Shown here: positions 46,372 to 56,942 of the stretch, piece by piece
How positions within the stretch are numbered: position 1 is the stretch's first letter
How the letters are laid out: each line of letters starts with the position of its first letter
Program-made: the position numbers and the translations under genes
Virus record (IMG/VR): IMGVR_UViG_3300031992_004562
Span: 1-64,000 of that record
DNA from: a virus
Taxonomy: Duplodnaviria; Caudoviricetes
Length of the DNA: 64,000 nucleotides
Strand: one strand, 5' to 3'
The notes under the pieces: generated by a model
Told to the model about the DNA's origin: nothing
The model's database searches: none
Seen by the model: the letters and a program-made list of their open reading frames with translations, nothing else

Positions 46372-48288
46372 ATGAAAGCAAAAGAAAAGACAATTGAAGA
46401 ACGATTTAAATCAATGTCAGAAAGAGATCATATTTTGAATCGACCTGGTATGTGGGTGGGTTCTATTAAATATGAAGAATCACAACAATTTATATATGAT
46501 ATTGATGAAGCAAAAATGAAAGTTGCAGATGTTGCATATATTCCAGCAATGTTAAAACTTGTTGATGAGGTTATTTCTAATTCATGTGATGAGTTTAGAC
46601 GTAAAGGAAATATGGGACTTACAAAAATTAAAGTAACTATAAATTCAAATGGATACATTACTATTAGAGATAATGGGGGTATTCCAATTGTTAAACATAA
46701 AGAAGCTGGAGTATATCTTCCTGAATTTTTATTTGGCCAGCTTCGTAGTAGTTCTAATTATGATGATACTGAAGAAAGAGACGTTGTAGGTACAAATGGC
46801 GTGGGCTCAGCGTTAACAAATGTATGGTCAAAACAATATGAAATTACTTCTGCAGATGGAAAGAAACAATATCATCGAACATGGTCTAATAATATGGAGA
46901 TGAATGATGATTTAAAAATCTCTATTACATGCGATCACTTTACAGAAACCAAGTTTTTACTTGATTATGATAGATTTGATGAAGAAGATGAATCATATAT
47001 AACTGAAGATTTTATTGCTATTATTGAAAAGAGATGTATTGATGCTGCCGCAGCTAATCCAGGATTAACAACTATATTTGAATATATTGAAAATGATAAG
47101 ACTGTAAGAAAAGCAGAATGGAATTTTAAAACATTTGAGGAATATATTGAACTTTATTCTGATTATATTGATCAGGAGAATTGTATTTCATTTAAGGATA
47201 AACAAAAACAAGTTTGGGTATATCCAGATGGTGGATTAAATATTGGTTTTGTTAATGGTGCTGAATGTTCTAAAGGAACTCATATCAAAGCTATTAGAGA
47301 TGAAATTAATAAAGCAATTGCTACACAGATTCTTCAAAAGAATAAAATAGATGTAGGACCTCGTAATGTTGATGGAAAATATACAATGTTTTGTATATAT
47401 CATGTAGCAAATCCAAGTTACGACTCTCAGTTGAAAACTTGTCTTACTACGCCCATAGAGAGATTCTCATTAGAACACGATTATAAATTTTCTATTCCAG
47501 ATAAGTTTATTAAGGATTGTTGCAAATCAGAGATTGTTAATATTGTTATTGATTGGTATAAACAAAAAGCTGAAGTTGAAGATCAAAAAACAATTAGAAA
47601 ACTTAATAAACAAGCAAAAACAAAAATTAGAAATTCAGATAAATTTATTGATGCAAATACTAAAGTTCGAAAAGATCGAGAACTTTGGTTATTTGAGGGT
47701 GCATCTGCTGCAAGTTGTTTCCGTGTAGCAAGAAATCCACAAACTCAAGCAGCTTATCTTTTAAGAGGAAAACCATTAAACACCATTTCTCTTGGCCCAA
47801 GTAAGATTATGTCAAATCAAGAGTTCAGTGATATTATTACTATATTAGGTTTGCAATGGGGAGAGAAAAATAAAGTTGATGGATTAAACTTTGGAAAAAT
47901 AGTTTTCTGTTCTGATGCTGATGAGGATGGAAGTAGTATTTGTGGATTATTGTTAACATTCTTTGGAATCCATTTCCCAGAATTATTTGATGAAGGAATG
48001 ATTTGTAGAGCAATTTCTCCAATTATTGTTGCTGAAAAGGGAAAAGATTATAAAGCTTATTATAAATTGGAAGATTATAGAAAAGAGATGAATTCTCTTA
48101 AAGGCTATAAAATTAAATATGTTAAAGGTCTTGGTACATTATCAACACCAGAATTTAAAGAAATGATGCAAAAACCAATTTATCATTATTTCACTAAAGA
48201 TGATATGTATGAATTGAGTTTAAGATCATGGTTTGGTAAAGGTAATGCATCTGAACGTAAAGCAATGTTAAAAGAAGACGTAGAATAA
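46372..48288 (+). CDS. type II DNA topoisomerase, large/ATPase-TOPRIM subunit (T4 gp39+60-like)
   Basis: HILNRPGMWVGS, DEVISNSCD, DNGGIP, GTNGVG, EGASA, LRGK, DADEDG and YVKGLG motifs. Confidence 0.95.
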   Translation: MKAKEKTIEERFKSMSERDHILNRPGMWVGSIKYEESQQFIYDIDEAKMKVADVAYIPAMLKLVDEVISNSCDEFRRKGNMGLTKIKVTINSNGYITIRDNGGIPIVKHKEAGVYLPEFLFGQLRSSSNYDDTEERDVVGTNGVGSALTNVWSKQYEITSADGKKQYHRTWSNNMEMNDDLKISITCDHFTETKFLLDYDRFDEEDESYITEDFIAIIEKRCIDAAAANPGLTTIFEYIENDKTVRKAEWNFKTFEEYIELYSDYIDQENCISFKDKQKQVWVYPDGGLNIGFVNGAECSKGTHIKAIRDEINKAIATQILQKNKIDVGPRNVDGKYTMFCIYHVANPSYDSQLKTCLTTPIERFSLEHDYKFSIPDKFIKDCCKSEIVNIVIDWYKQKAEVEDQKTIRKLNKQAKTKIRNSDKFIDANTKVRKDRELWLFEGASAASCFRVARNPQTQAAYLLRGKPLNTISLGPSKIMSNQEFSDIITILGLQWGEKNKVDGLNFGKIVFCSDADEDGSSICGLLLTFFGIHFPELFDEGMICRAISPIIVAEKGKDYKAYYKLEDYRKEMNSLKGYKIKYVKGLGTLSTPEFKEMMQKPIYHYFTKDDMYELSLRSWFGKGNASERKAMLKEDVE

Positions 48289-48289
48289 T

Positions 48290-49402
48290 ATGAAATGCTA
48301 TGATTTTTTAATAGTTGGTGCTGGTTTATTTGGTGCAACATTTGCATATAAAGCTAAACAAGCTGGAAAGAAATGTTTAGTTATTGATAAGCGTAAACAT
48401 CTTGGTGGAAATACTTATTGTGAAAATATTTACGGAATTAATGTTCATAAATATGGTGCACATATATTTCATACATCAAATAAGGAAATTTGGGACTTTG
48501 TAAATTCACTAGTCCCATTTAACAATTATATTAATTCACCTCTAGCCAACTATAAAGGCGATATATATAATTTACCATTTAATATGAATACATTTCACCA
48601 GATGTGGAATATTAATACACCAAATGAGGCTGAGAATATAATTAATGAACAAAGAAAAAAATTAAATGGAAAAGAACCTGAAAATTTAGAAGAACAAGCT
48701 ATATCTTTAGTTGGTAGAGATATTTATGATATATTAATTAAAGGTTATACAGAAAAGCAATGGGGAAGAAAATGTTCTACACTTCCAGCATCTATAATTA
48801 AACGGCTTCCATTAAGATTCACATATAATAATAATTATTTTAATGATACATATCAAGGAATTCCAATTGGTGGATATAATAAGTTAATTGAAAAATTATT
48901 GGAAGGTGTAGATGTTAAATTAGATTGTAATTTCTTTGATCATAAAACTGGTGCACTTGCAGATAAAATAATTTATACTGGTCCAATAGATGAATTTTAT
49001 GATTATCAATTTGGACATCTTGAATATAGAACAGTAACATTTACTCATGAAGTTATTTTAGACTATAATTATCAAGGAAATGCTGTTATTAATTATACAG
49101 ATAAAAAGACTCCATATACAAGAATAATAGAACATAAGCATTTTGAAACATTTGGAGGCAGTGTTTATGATAATCCAGTAACTGTTATTTCAAAAGAATA
49201 TAGTTTGGAATGGAAACCTGGTATGGAACCATATTATCCAATTAATGACAATAAGAATAATCGAAAATATAATTTATATAAAGAACTTGCTGATAACGAA
49301 CCAGATGTGTTCTTTGGTGGAAGATTGGCAGAATACAAATATTATGATATGGCACCAACTATAGAAAGTGCAATAAAATTGGCAGAAAAAATAATTAAAT
49401 AA
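48290..49402 (+). CDS. glf: UDP-galactopyranose mutase
   Basis: IVGAGLFG, HKYGAHIFHT, GYTEKQWG, YQGIP, EPYYP and GRLAEYKYYDM motifs. Confidence 0.97.
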   Translation: MKCYDFLIVGAGLFGATFAYKAKQAGKKCLVIDKRKHLGGNTYCENIYGINVHKYGAHIFHTSNKEIWDFVNSLVPFNNYINSPLANYKGDIYNLPFNMNTFHQMWNINTPNEAENIINEQRKKLNGKEPENLEEQAISLVGRDIYDILIKGYTEKQWGRKCSTLPASIIKRLPLRFTYNNNYFNDTYQGIPIGGYNKLIEKLLEGVDVKLDCNFFDHKTGALADKIIYTGPIDEFYDYQFGHLEYRTVTFTHEVILDYNYQGNAVINYTDKKTPYTRIIEHKHFETFGGSVYDNPVTVISKEYSLEWKPGMEPYYPINDNKNNRKYNLYKELADNEPDVFFGGRLAEYKYYDMAPTIESAIKLAEKIIK

Positions 49403-49407
49403 AATAT

Positions 49408-50163
49408 ATGGAACAAAAATTTTTATATTCAATATTAACAGTTAACACAAATCATTATGAAAAAATACATGAGGTTCAAAATCCAAATCCTAATGTAGAG
49501 TATGTATGTGTAACAGATGATGAAACATTAACATCTAAAACATGGAAACTTATTTATAAAAAAGATATTTGGTTTCTTGATGTAAAGCATAATGTATTTG
49601 ATTATGTTTCTACAGATGTTTGCTTATGGCTTGATGGAAGTTATCAAATAACTGATGACCCAACAGAAGAATTTGTTATGCCATTTATAAAATCAGATAA
49701 AGAAATGATGATATCATTGCATAATTGGCGAACAAATGTCTTTGATGAATTATGCCAATGGTGGATTGGCAGAAATGTTCAAACAAAAAATGTAAAAGCC
49801 CTATGTTCTATATTATGTAAAAATGATATGTCAGGAAAGGATATTTTATTCCAAACATCATGTTATTTAGTAAAGAAAACTGAAAGTGTTATAAAATTAT
49901 ATAATACTATTAGAGAAGTAGAAAAGGTATGTAGTATTGATGGACCATATAGAGATGACCAAGTTATTACATCAATGTGTATTGCAAAATTATTCCCAAA
50001 TTGGAATAAATTAGTATTAATGGATTTTGGACATATTTCAAATAACAAATATTTCCATATGTGTGCGCATGGTAGTGACCAAGCATATCGTTTTACAGCA
50101 CTTAAAAACAGATGTTGGGATAAAGAACAACACTTATATAAAATTGGGCAGCCTTTTGATTAA
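49408..50163 (+). CDS. putative glycosyltransferase (DUF616-like GT-A)
   Basis: YE..H......YVCVTDD, LWLDGS, H..RT.VFDE and RDDQV; immediately follows glf. Confidence 0.65.
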   Translation: MEQKFLYSILTVNTNHYEKIHEVQNPNPNVEYVCVTDDETLTSKTWKLIYKKDIWFLDVKHNVFDYVSTDVCLWLDGSYQITDDPTEEFVMPFIKSDKEMMISLHNWRTNVFDELCQWWIGRNVQTKNVKALCSILCKNDMSGKDILFQTSCYLVKKTESVIKLYNTIREVEKVCSIDGPYRDDQVITSMCIAKLFPNWNKLVLMDFGHISNNKYFHMCAHGSDQAYRFTALKNRCWDKEQHLYKIGQPFD

Positions 50164-50326
50164 TCATGTTTTGGAAATTGTTATGTTAGGTGCATTTATA
50201 TTTTTAGTTTTAGGAATTGCTTTTATATATTGGATTGCGTATAAAAATGGAGACATTTAAAATAAGTCTCCATTTTATTTTGTAAACATTTATGTAAATA
50301 TGAATATAATCTTTAAAAATTAAATT

Positions 50327-50899
50327 ATGATAATTATGGGAGAACCAAAAAAGCCATATACATTAAAAATATCTAAATTATATTTAGAAAGATGGGGTGG
50401 TTGGTATTTTCAAAAATATTTAAATGAAATTCAACAAACCATTGATAAAATTTATGTTTCAAAAGATGATGGAAATGTCGATAAAGTATTAAAAATTGAT
50501 TTAATTAATACTGATAATGATGATTTAACACAGGAAGATATCGATAATAGAAAAGAAAAAGGGCTTATTACTGGAAATGTAAAAACCCATGAATTTCGCT
50601 ATCTAAATAGTTTTTCATTTCATAGATTGGAATTAGATAACAATGATTGTTTAATTTTTTATGAAAAAGCATTTGATGAAAATCAAATCATAAAAGAAAA
50701 ATATATAGAAAATGAAAATAAACTAGTTAATTATTTATGGGGAAGTAATGTATATGTAATTTCAACTAATGATATTAAAGAACTTATGAAAGATCCTAAA
50801 AACAATATTAATGATAGAGGATCAAATGGTGAATTTTTTGGTATTCCATTAAGTTGTGTAAAAGAACATTCACATGCATATAAATTTGGAGAAAAATAA
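50327..50899 (+). CDS. hypothetical, possible PD-(D/E)XK-fold nuclease
   Basis: DKVLKIDL...NVKT pattern shared with 57642..58202. Confidence 0.5.
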   Translation: MIIMGEPKKPYTLKISKLYLERWGGWYFQKYLNEIQQTIDKIYVSKDDGNVDKVLKIDLINTDNDDLTQEDIDNRKEKGLITGNVKTHEFRYLNSFSFHRLELDNNDCLIFYEKAFDENQIIKEKYIENENKLVNYLWGSNVYVISTNDIKELMKDPKNNINDRGSNGEFFGIPLSCVKEHSHAYKFGEK

Positions 50900-50911
50900 A
50901 AATGAAAATAT

Positions 50912-51397
50912 ATGAGCGAAAATATTTATTTTTCAAAATCAATTAAACTTTTAGATATTAAAAAGAAATGTAAACAACTAAAAGTTGGAAAGCAAGAAAA
51001 TTTATATGGAGATTCTGACATTCCAACATATTCTATAACGCATAAAGAATTTCCAAACGAGAAGGTTTATGTTATTTTTAATAGGTATAAAGATAAATCA
51101 TTAGATGCAAAATTAGGTGAAAATTGTGATGATAAAGAATTTTGTGAAGTAGAAAGATTTTATGAAAATGGTGATTATCATATTTTATTAATTTTAGCTG
51201 GAACATTTGACATTGAATATATTACTGAAATTGATGAATGGAGTGAAGGAAATTTTGATAGATTTGTTTTACAGCCACATGTTAATAATGAATTTGCACC
51301 TATATTTGAAAAAGTTAATTTTCATACATTTTTTAAAGAAAAAGATGAGATTCCATATGAAGGAAGTCCAAAACCTGTAGAAAATTTATTTGAATAA
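50912..51397 (+). CDS. hypothetical protein
   Basis: 161-aa ORF. Confidence 0.7.
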   Translation: MSENIYFSKSIKLLDIKKKCKQLKVGKQENLYGDSDIPTYSITHKEFPNEKVYVIFNRYKDKSLDAKLGENCDDKEFCEVERFYENGDYHILLILAGTFDIEYITEIDEWSEGNFDRFVLQPHVNNEFAPIFEKVNFHTFFKEKDEIPYEGSPKPVENLFE

Positions 51398-51399
51398 TT

Positions 51400-51624
51400 A
51401 TGGATAAATCTGAATTAAGAGCGCAAGCTGCTATATCTATATTAAATAGTTTATTGGAAACAACATCTCATTCAGTAATTGAATGTATAGCCATTAAAGA
51501 AATATATGCAAAGATTGCAGTTATGTATGCAGATGAATTAATAAAAGCTTTAGATACACCAGAAATTAATATAAAAGATGTAGAAAAAAGGCTAAAAGAA
51601 ATAATTAAAAATAAAGGAGTTTAA
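51400..51624 (+). CDS. hypothetical protein
   Basis: ELRAQAAI...AV.YADELIKAL, a common phage motif. Confidence 0.7.
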   Translation: MDKSELRAQAAISILNSLLETTSHSVIECIAIKEIYAKIAVMYADELIKALDTPEINIKDVEKRLKEIIKNKGV

Positions 51625-51695
51625 TGAAAATTAAACTTCTATTTTTTCGTATAAATAAAAAGGATTAATTTTACACAAATTAAAATTATAAAATT

Positions 51696-53225
51696 ATGGA
51701 AAGCAGTTTAAAAAATTTGATTAATTATCTTCAAGACAATGTTATTGATCTTAATGATGATAATGAAATATCTGAAACATTAGTTAAATACATTGAAAAT
51801 GATAAAAATTATTGTGAGAAAATTAAAAATATAATTAATTCTCATAAGGATGATGATTGGGAAGGCGCAGAATTTGTTGATGAGTTTAATGATGATTTTG
51901 GAATAGAGCTTCCAAATTATGATGTATTGGATGCAATGGAGACAAATGAAATTCCAAATGAATTTGCAATTAATATTATTTCACCAGACGAGTGTTTTAA
52001 AACATTAAATGTTACATTAAAAGATAATAATGGAGTATTGGAAATTGAAGATAAAACTCCTGGTTCTCAAATTAACATAAAAAATAATCAAGACAATGAT
52101 ACACGTTTGGCTGATTATTATTATGACCTTGGTGTAAAGACTGGTCAAAAAATGTATTTTGAAATGGCCAAACGTTTAAAAGACCAAGCAAATATGCAAG
52201 CATTAAATGACATTCTTAAAAGAGCTGAAAATACGCCTGATGACGAAGATGATGAAGATGAAGATATTGATACAAGTGATATTGATGAAGACAATAAATT
52301 TGTAATGGAAGTTATTACTAAAGATTATATTTGTAATGAAGAAGGATATTGGGGTAAAGATGATTGGGATGATTTAGTAAATGATGGTAATATCTTATGT
52401 TATATTTATGATGCTAATGAAGAACCAATTACAGATTTTTCACCTGATTGGTTATATAAGATATTAGGAAAATATGAGAATATTCCTGGAGGATATTGCT
52501 TAGAAGATATGGAAAGCACATTTATAGTATCAAAAGAAACATATGATGCATTGGCAAAAGACCCTCATTGCGATAGTGCAGATGATTATACAGAATGTGG
52601 ATATAATTATAATGAAGATAATGAAGATGATGAAAATTCAGATTTAAGTGATATTGTTTTCAAAGGATGGAATCTTCACATGCCAATAAAACACGGTGGC
52701 AGAAAAGCACCAAAAGGTGGTAAAGAACATCTTGAATTTCTTAGGTATGATAGAAATTGTAATTTTTATAATTTCCTTTTAAGCGATGAAACTGATGATT
52801 TTGATGGGCATGGAAAACATGTTAATCTAACAACAATGAATAAATGGGCATTAAAAGATATAGATGAGAAAATAAATTGGAGTGCTGAAAATGCTGAGAT
52901 TATTCAATTTGGAACAACTAAATCTGGTATTGATTATGTTGCTGGTTGGGTTTGCATGGATTATGGATTGCCAATGGTAATATTCTTATATTGGGATGGT
53001 AAACATATTAGAGCATTTGTTCCATATCGTGGAAACTGTGTCGATACTGTAAGCAAATGTATGATTAATGAAGATTATGATAATAGTGCATACTTCAAAA
53101 AATATTATAATATTGATATGGGCCCTGATTTCATTTATGATTTGGGAGAAATGCTAGGGTCCGGTGATCAATTTAATTTTAAAGATTGCTTAGAAGAATT
53201 CGAAGCTCGTTTGGAAGCAATTTAA
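51696..53225 (+). CDS. acidic hypothetical early protein
   Basis: 509 aa, TAG-free, early-type promoter at 51634-51673. Confidence 0.8.
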   Translation: MESSLKNLINYLQDNVIDLNDDNEISETLVKYIENDKNYCEKIKNIINSHKDDDWEGAEFVDEFNDDFGIELPNYDVLDAMETNEIPNEFAINIISPDECFKTLNVTLKDNNGVLEIEDKTPGSQINIKNNQDNDTRLADYYYDLGVKTGQKMYFEMAKRLKDQANMQALNDILKRAENTPDDEDDEDEDIDTSDIDEDNKFVMEVITKDYICNEEGYWGKDDWDDLVNDGNILCYIYDANEEPITDFSPDWLYKILGKYENIPGGYCLEDMESTFIVSKETYDALAKDPHCDSADDYTECGYNYNEDNEDDENSDLSDIVFKGWNLHMPIKHGGRKAPKGGKEHLEFLRYDRNCNFYNFLLSDETDDFDGHGKHVNLTTMNKWALKDIDEKINWSAENAEIIQFGTTKSGIDYVAGWVCMDYGLPMVIFLYWDGKHIRAFVPYRGNCVDTVSKCMINEDYDNSAYFKKYYNIDMGPDFIYDLGEMLGSGDQFNFKDCLEEFEARLEAI

Positions 53226-53290
53226 ATTTAAAAAGAGGATATTTAAATCCTCTTTTTTAATAAATAATAAAATAAAGCTTTATTTAAAAT

Positions 53291-53860
53291 ATGAATAATA
53301 AACATTTATACAATAAAATTATAAATGCTATAAATGAAAGTGTCTAGAATGCATTAAATGAATATAACAAATATGAAAATTCTGATCATCATCGTGGTGG
53401 CAATATTCATGATTTAAAATTTCTTGCATAGGTACTAACTAATAAATATGGTTATAAAGCATATCCTGTATCATCTACACTTGGAAAACCATATTAGTTA
53501 ATTTTAAGAAGAGAAAGTGGAGTAAGAAAAAATGTTTATGTTCAACAACGAAAAAAGGGAACAACTTCAGGAAATATTGCATTAAGACTTAAAAAATATG
53601 GTGAAACATTATCATTATTAGACAATCCAGAAATTAATGAAATTTGTTTGATATGCCCGCCTGTAATGAATTATGATCCAAGAGGTGAAGTAGTTGATAA
53701 TACTAAAGCTTGTTTTTTTGAAAAAGATTATTTAAAAGATAAAGTTGAACATGGGGAAATTCCAATAACAAAAACACGAGATGGTGAAATGTTAATGCTT
53801 TCAGAAAAATGGATAAAAGAAAATGCAAAACAAATTATTTCATATAAATATATACGATAA
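53291..53860 (+). CDS. hypothetical late protein with INES/LNE leader (TAG-recoded, 189 aa)
   Basis: MNNKHLYNKIINAINESVQNALNEY..., in frame with 53648..53860. Confidence 0.75.
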
Positions 53861-53888
53861 AGAGAGTTTAAAAACTCTCTTTTTATTT

Positions 53889-54740
53889 TTATAAATTTAT
53901 TACTGGACGAACGCTAAAACCAATATAACGATTGTTAGTGAATACACGGATATTGTCTGAATAGAAATGCAAGTACCAAGCGTAATTGGGAACGCCTAAA
54001 TAAAGACTTGAAGACCACAAGTTACAGCCAGAACCAATGCCGTAGATATCAGAATCATTATGATAACCAGCTGCAGGAATAAACAATTGATTTCCATTCT
54101 TTCCTTTAAATATCCTGCCATTTAATCCTTGAATTCCTCCATCAACTTTTAGATTATGCTTTATTTTATTAGGATTATAATTATTAACCCAATAACTATG
54201 AGTATAATTTATTAATTCTATATACTGTTCTTCAGTTGGAATATGAAATTTAAAATTATGTAATTTTTTATTCTAGTAAGCAGCATCATCTTCAGGCAGT
54301 AATTCTGTTAAATTATCAGTAAATCCCCAAGTTTTTGTTATTTGATTATATCCCTTTTGAGGATTATTACAATATTTTGTTAAACAATCTTTTTCAGATA
54401 AATCTGTATAGTGTTCTGCATATTTATATGTAGACCAACTGAATTCTGGTTTATTTGGTTTCAATTCGCCCCATGCATAATATCCACCATACCAATCTTC
54501 GGCTTTAGACAACTAATTCTAATTAACTCCTAAATTATATTTGCACCATAAAGTGCCTGAAGGCAAACCTAAATCAACAACTTCTTTTATTAAATCATAT
54601 TTCTATTTAATAACATCTTCTGCATTAATGACATCATTATGTTGAGATAATGAACTAATTGGTTCATTATCTTCAAAATCATCAAGTGCAAGTTTAATGC
54701 CTCTATTTACAGCTTCTAATATCTGTTTATAATTTTTCAT
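53889..54740 (-). CDS. CLec-fold protein with shared leader; putative DGR target (TAG-recoded, 283 aa)
   Basis: MKNYKQILEAVNRGIKLALDDF...VVDLGLPSGTLWCKYNLG...YAWGE...FIPAAG...LWSSSL...GFSVRPV. Confidence 0.85.
53901..54074 (-). other. putative DGR variable region (VR)
   Basis: 58 codons with no Lys/Glu/Gln and 15 C-ending codons in an AT-rich genome; variable positions are NNY. Confidence 0.65.
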
Positions 54741-54808
54741 AATTCAATATATTTATTAAACAAAATAACAATTTATTCATATAATTTAAAAATAATAGAG
54801 TGCTTTAA

Positions 54809-55768
54809 ATGAAAATATTACAACCAAGTTTTTAGATATTAGAACAAGAACCAGGATTAAAAGGTATTTATAAAGCAATTGAATATCCTGGACGTATTTG
54901 CTATAATTCAACAGATAAAATAACAGAAGATTCTGCCGAAGAATTTGTTCATAATAGGTTAGAAGCATCTAATCATGGTGCACCTATGGAACATGGCGCA
55001 GTTTATTTGTATATTACTAGAAATGTTGATTATGATGAATGGCTTTCCCCTAGTCCAGAATATGGCAAGTATGATGAACTTTTAGAATTTTATAGTGATA
55101 ACAAATATTCAAAAGTTGAAGAACGAGTATGTGTAGATTTAAAAGATCATTTATATATTTCGACTAATTATAGAGTTTTATTTGAGAATAATAGATTAGA
55201 TGACTTAAAATATTTATGTGAACCAACAGAATATCACCATAAAAGAGTAACTGTTAAATTCACTTGCAATATTGGAGTATCTCGTGAATTTAATAGACAT
55301 CGTGCGGATTCTATTAATGAGGAGTCAACAAGATATTGTAATTATTCAAAAGATAAGTATGGTAATGAGATTTCTATAATTCAAAATAACAATAAACTGA
55401 GCAGATTTGATTTTAGTGCAGGAGTTAGAGAGTTTATTGATTATTGCAAGATAATTGTAGATAATGATAAAGAATATAATAACCCAAGAAATGGTTTTGG
55501 AGAAATAGATTATTGGCTATTTTCTAATGAAGCAGCTGAATGGTCATATATTGGTTTGACACAATACTGTGGCTGGAATGCACAAGATGCAAGAGATGTA
55601 TTACCATTGGATACCAAATCTATATTGGTTCATAGTGCATTTATAGATGATTGGAAGCATTTCTTCGATTTGAGAGCCATTGGAACTACTGGTGCACCTC
55701 ATCCTCAAGCAAAAGAATTAGCATCGCCATTAATGGAAGAATTTAAGAAAAGAAATTTAATTGATTAA
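54809..55768 (+). CDS. thyX: FAD-dependent thymidylate synthase
   Basis: RHRADSINEESTRY motif, ARDVLPL, W.HFFDLR and AHPQ; the N-terminus MKILQPSF(TAG)ILEQEPG...GRICY..MEHG needs read-through of TAG 54833-54835. Confidence 0.93.
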
Positions 55769-55771
55769 ATT

Positions 55772-56056
55772 ATGGATGTAAATACGTATAAATTAACTCA
55801 TAAAAAGCCAGAGAAAAGTTTTGAATATATTGGCATAGATGGAGAATATATTAAATATTTTTGTTGGAATCAAAATGGTTTTAATAATGCATTATATGAT
55901 CATTTTGCAGGGGAAGAGATAAAAGATAGTGAGAAAAAAGATATAAGAGAAAAAGCATGTTATAATTATCCTTTACATTATCCATGCATTATGAAAATAC
56001 ATACTTATAATTCATTTGAAGCTGGAAGATTAATAGCAGAATTTGAATATGAATAA
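55772..56056 (+). CDS. hypothetical protein
   Basis: 94-aa ORF. Confidence 0.65.
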   Translation: MDVNTYKLTHKKPEKSFEYIGIDGEYIKYFCWNQNGFNNALYDHFAGEEIKDSEKKDIREKACYNYPLHYPCIMKIHTYNSFEAGRLIAEFEYE

Positions 56057-56078
56057 TGAATAAAAATAATTTAAAGTT

Positions 56079-56648
56079 ATGAAACAATTAGATTGGAAAC
56101 ATATTGAAAAATTATCAGAAGACGATCATTTAAAAAATATTGAATTAGCAGAATCTGAATATAAAAAGATTTTTAAGAAATATAGAGAATATGATGATAA
56201 GCTTCACAATATAGAATCATATATGTATAATATACATTATCAATATATGTTAAAATATGTGAGATATAAAGACAAATATATTAAAATTGATTTACCTCGA
56301 AAAACAATATATATGTATGTTATGCATGAAACATTTGAAACATACAAAGATAAAGATGGGAAACAATGTTATGAATATGAATTAAGAGGTGAAGGCTATA
56401 TTCATGAAAAAGAAGCACTTCAAAAATTTATATATCCTGAAAAAGATTGTTACACAGATGATGAGGTAAAAAGAATATTGTATGATGGATATAATATATC
56501 AAATCATTTACAAATATATGTGTCAAATGATAAAGGAAAAATTGGTCCACGCAAGCCAGAAGATATTGAAATAATTTCTAAAGAAGAATATGAAAATAAT
56601 GTAAAAACATATTTAAAAAAGCTATTAAAAAATTATGAGTCAAATTAA
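56079..56648 (+). CDS. hypothetical protein
   Basis: 189-aa ORF. Confidence 0.7.
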   Translation: MKQLDWKHIEKLSEDDHLKNIELAESEYKKIFKKYREYDDKLHNIESYMYNIHYQYMLKYVRYKDKYIKIDLPRKTIYMYVMHETFETYKDKDGKQCYEYELRGEGYIHEKEALQKFIYPEKDCYTDDEVKRILYDGYNISNHLQIYVSNDKGKIGPRKPEDIEIISKEEYENNVKTYLKKLLKNYESN

Positions 56649-56937
56649 AATTGGTGAAAATGGGCCAAGATTTAGAATTGATAATGAATATGAAACTTGG
56701 AGAACAGATAAAGAATATTGGGTTGATAAGTTTAATGAAATTAAAGATTCATATGATTTAGCATTTCCAGATCAACAAACACTTGCTGATTTAAGATATA
56801 AATTGCATAGATGGCAAATGTATGTTAATATGGCATTTAATATTCATAATTGTGATGCAATTAATGTTTCATTTGATTATGATACATGCACATTATATAT
56901 TCATATGAATGAAGAACTTCAAAAAATATTTGATTAA
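56635..56937 (+). CDS. hypothetical protein
   Basis: 100-aa ORF. Confidence 0.65.
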   Translation: MSQIKIGENGPRFRIDNEYETWRTDKEYWVDKFNEIKDSYDLAFPDQQTLADLRYKLHRWQMYVNMAFNIHNCDAINVSFDYDTCTLYIHMNEELQKIFD

Positions 56938-56942
56938 ATATT

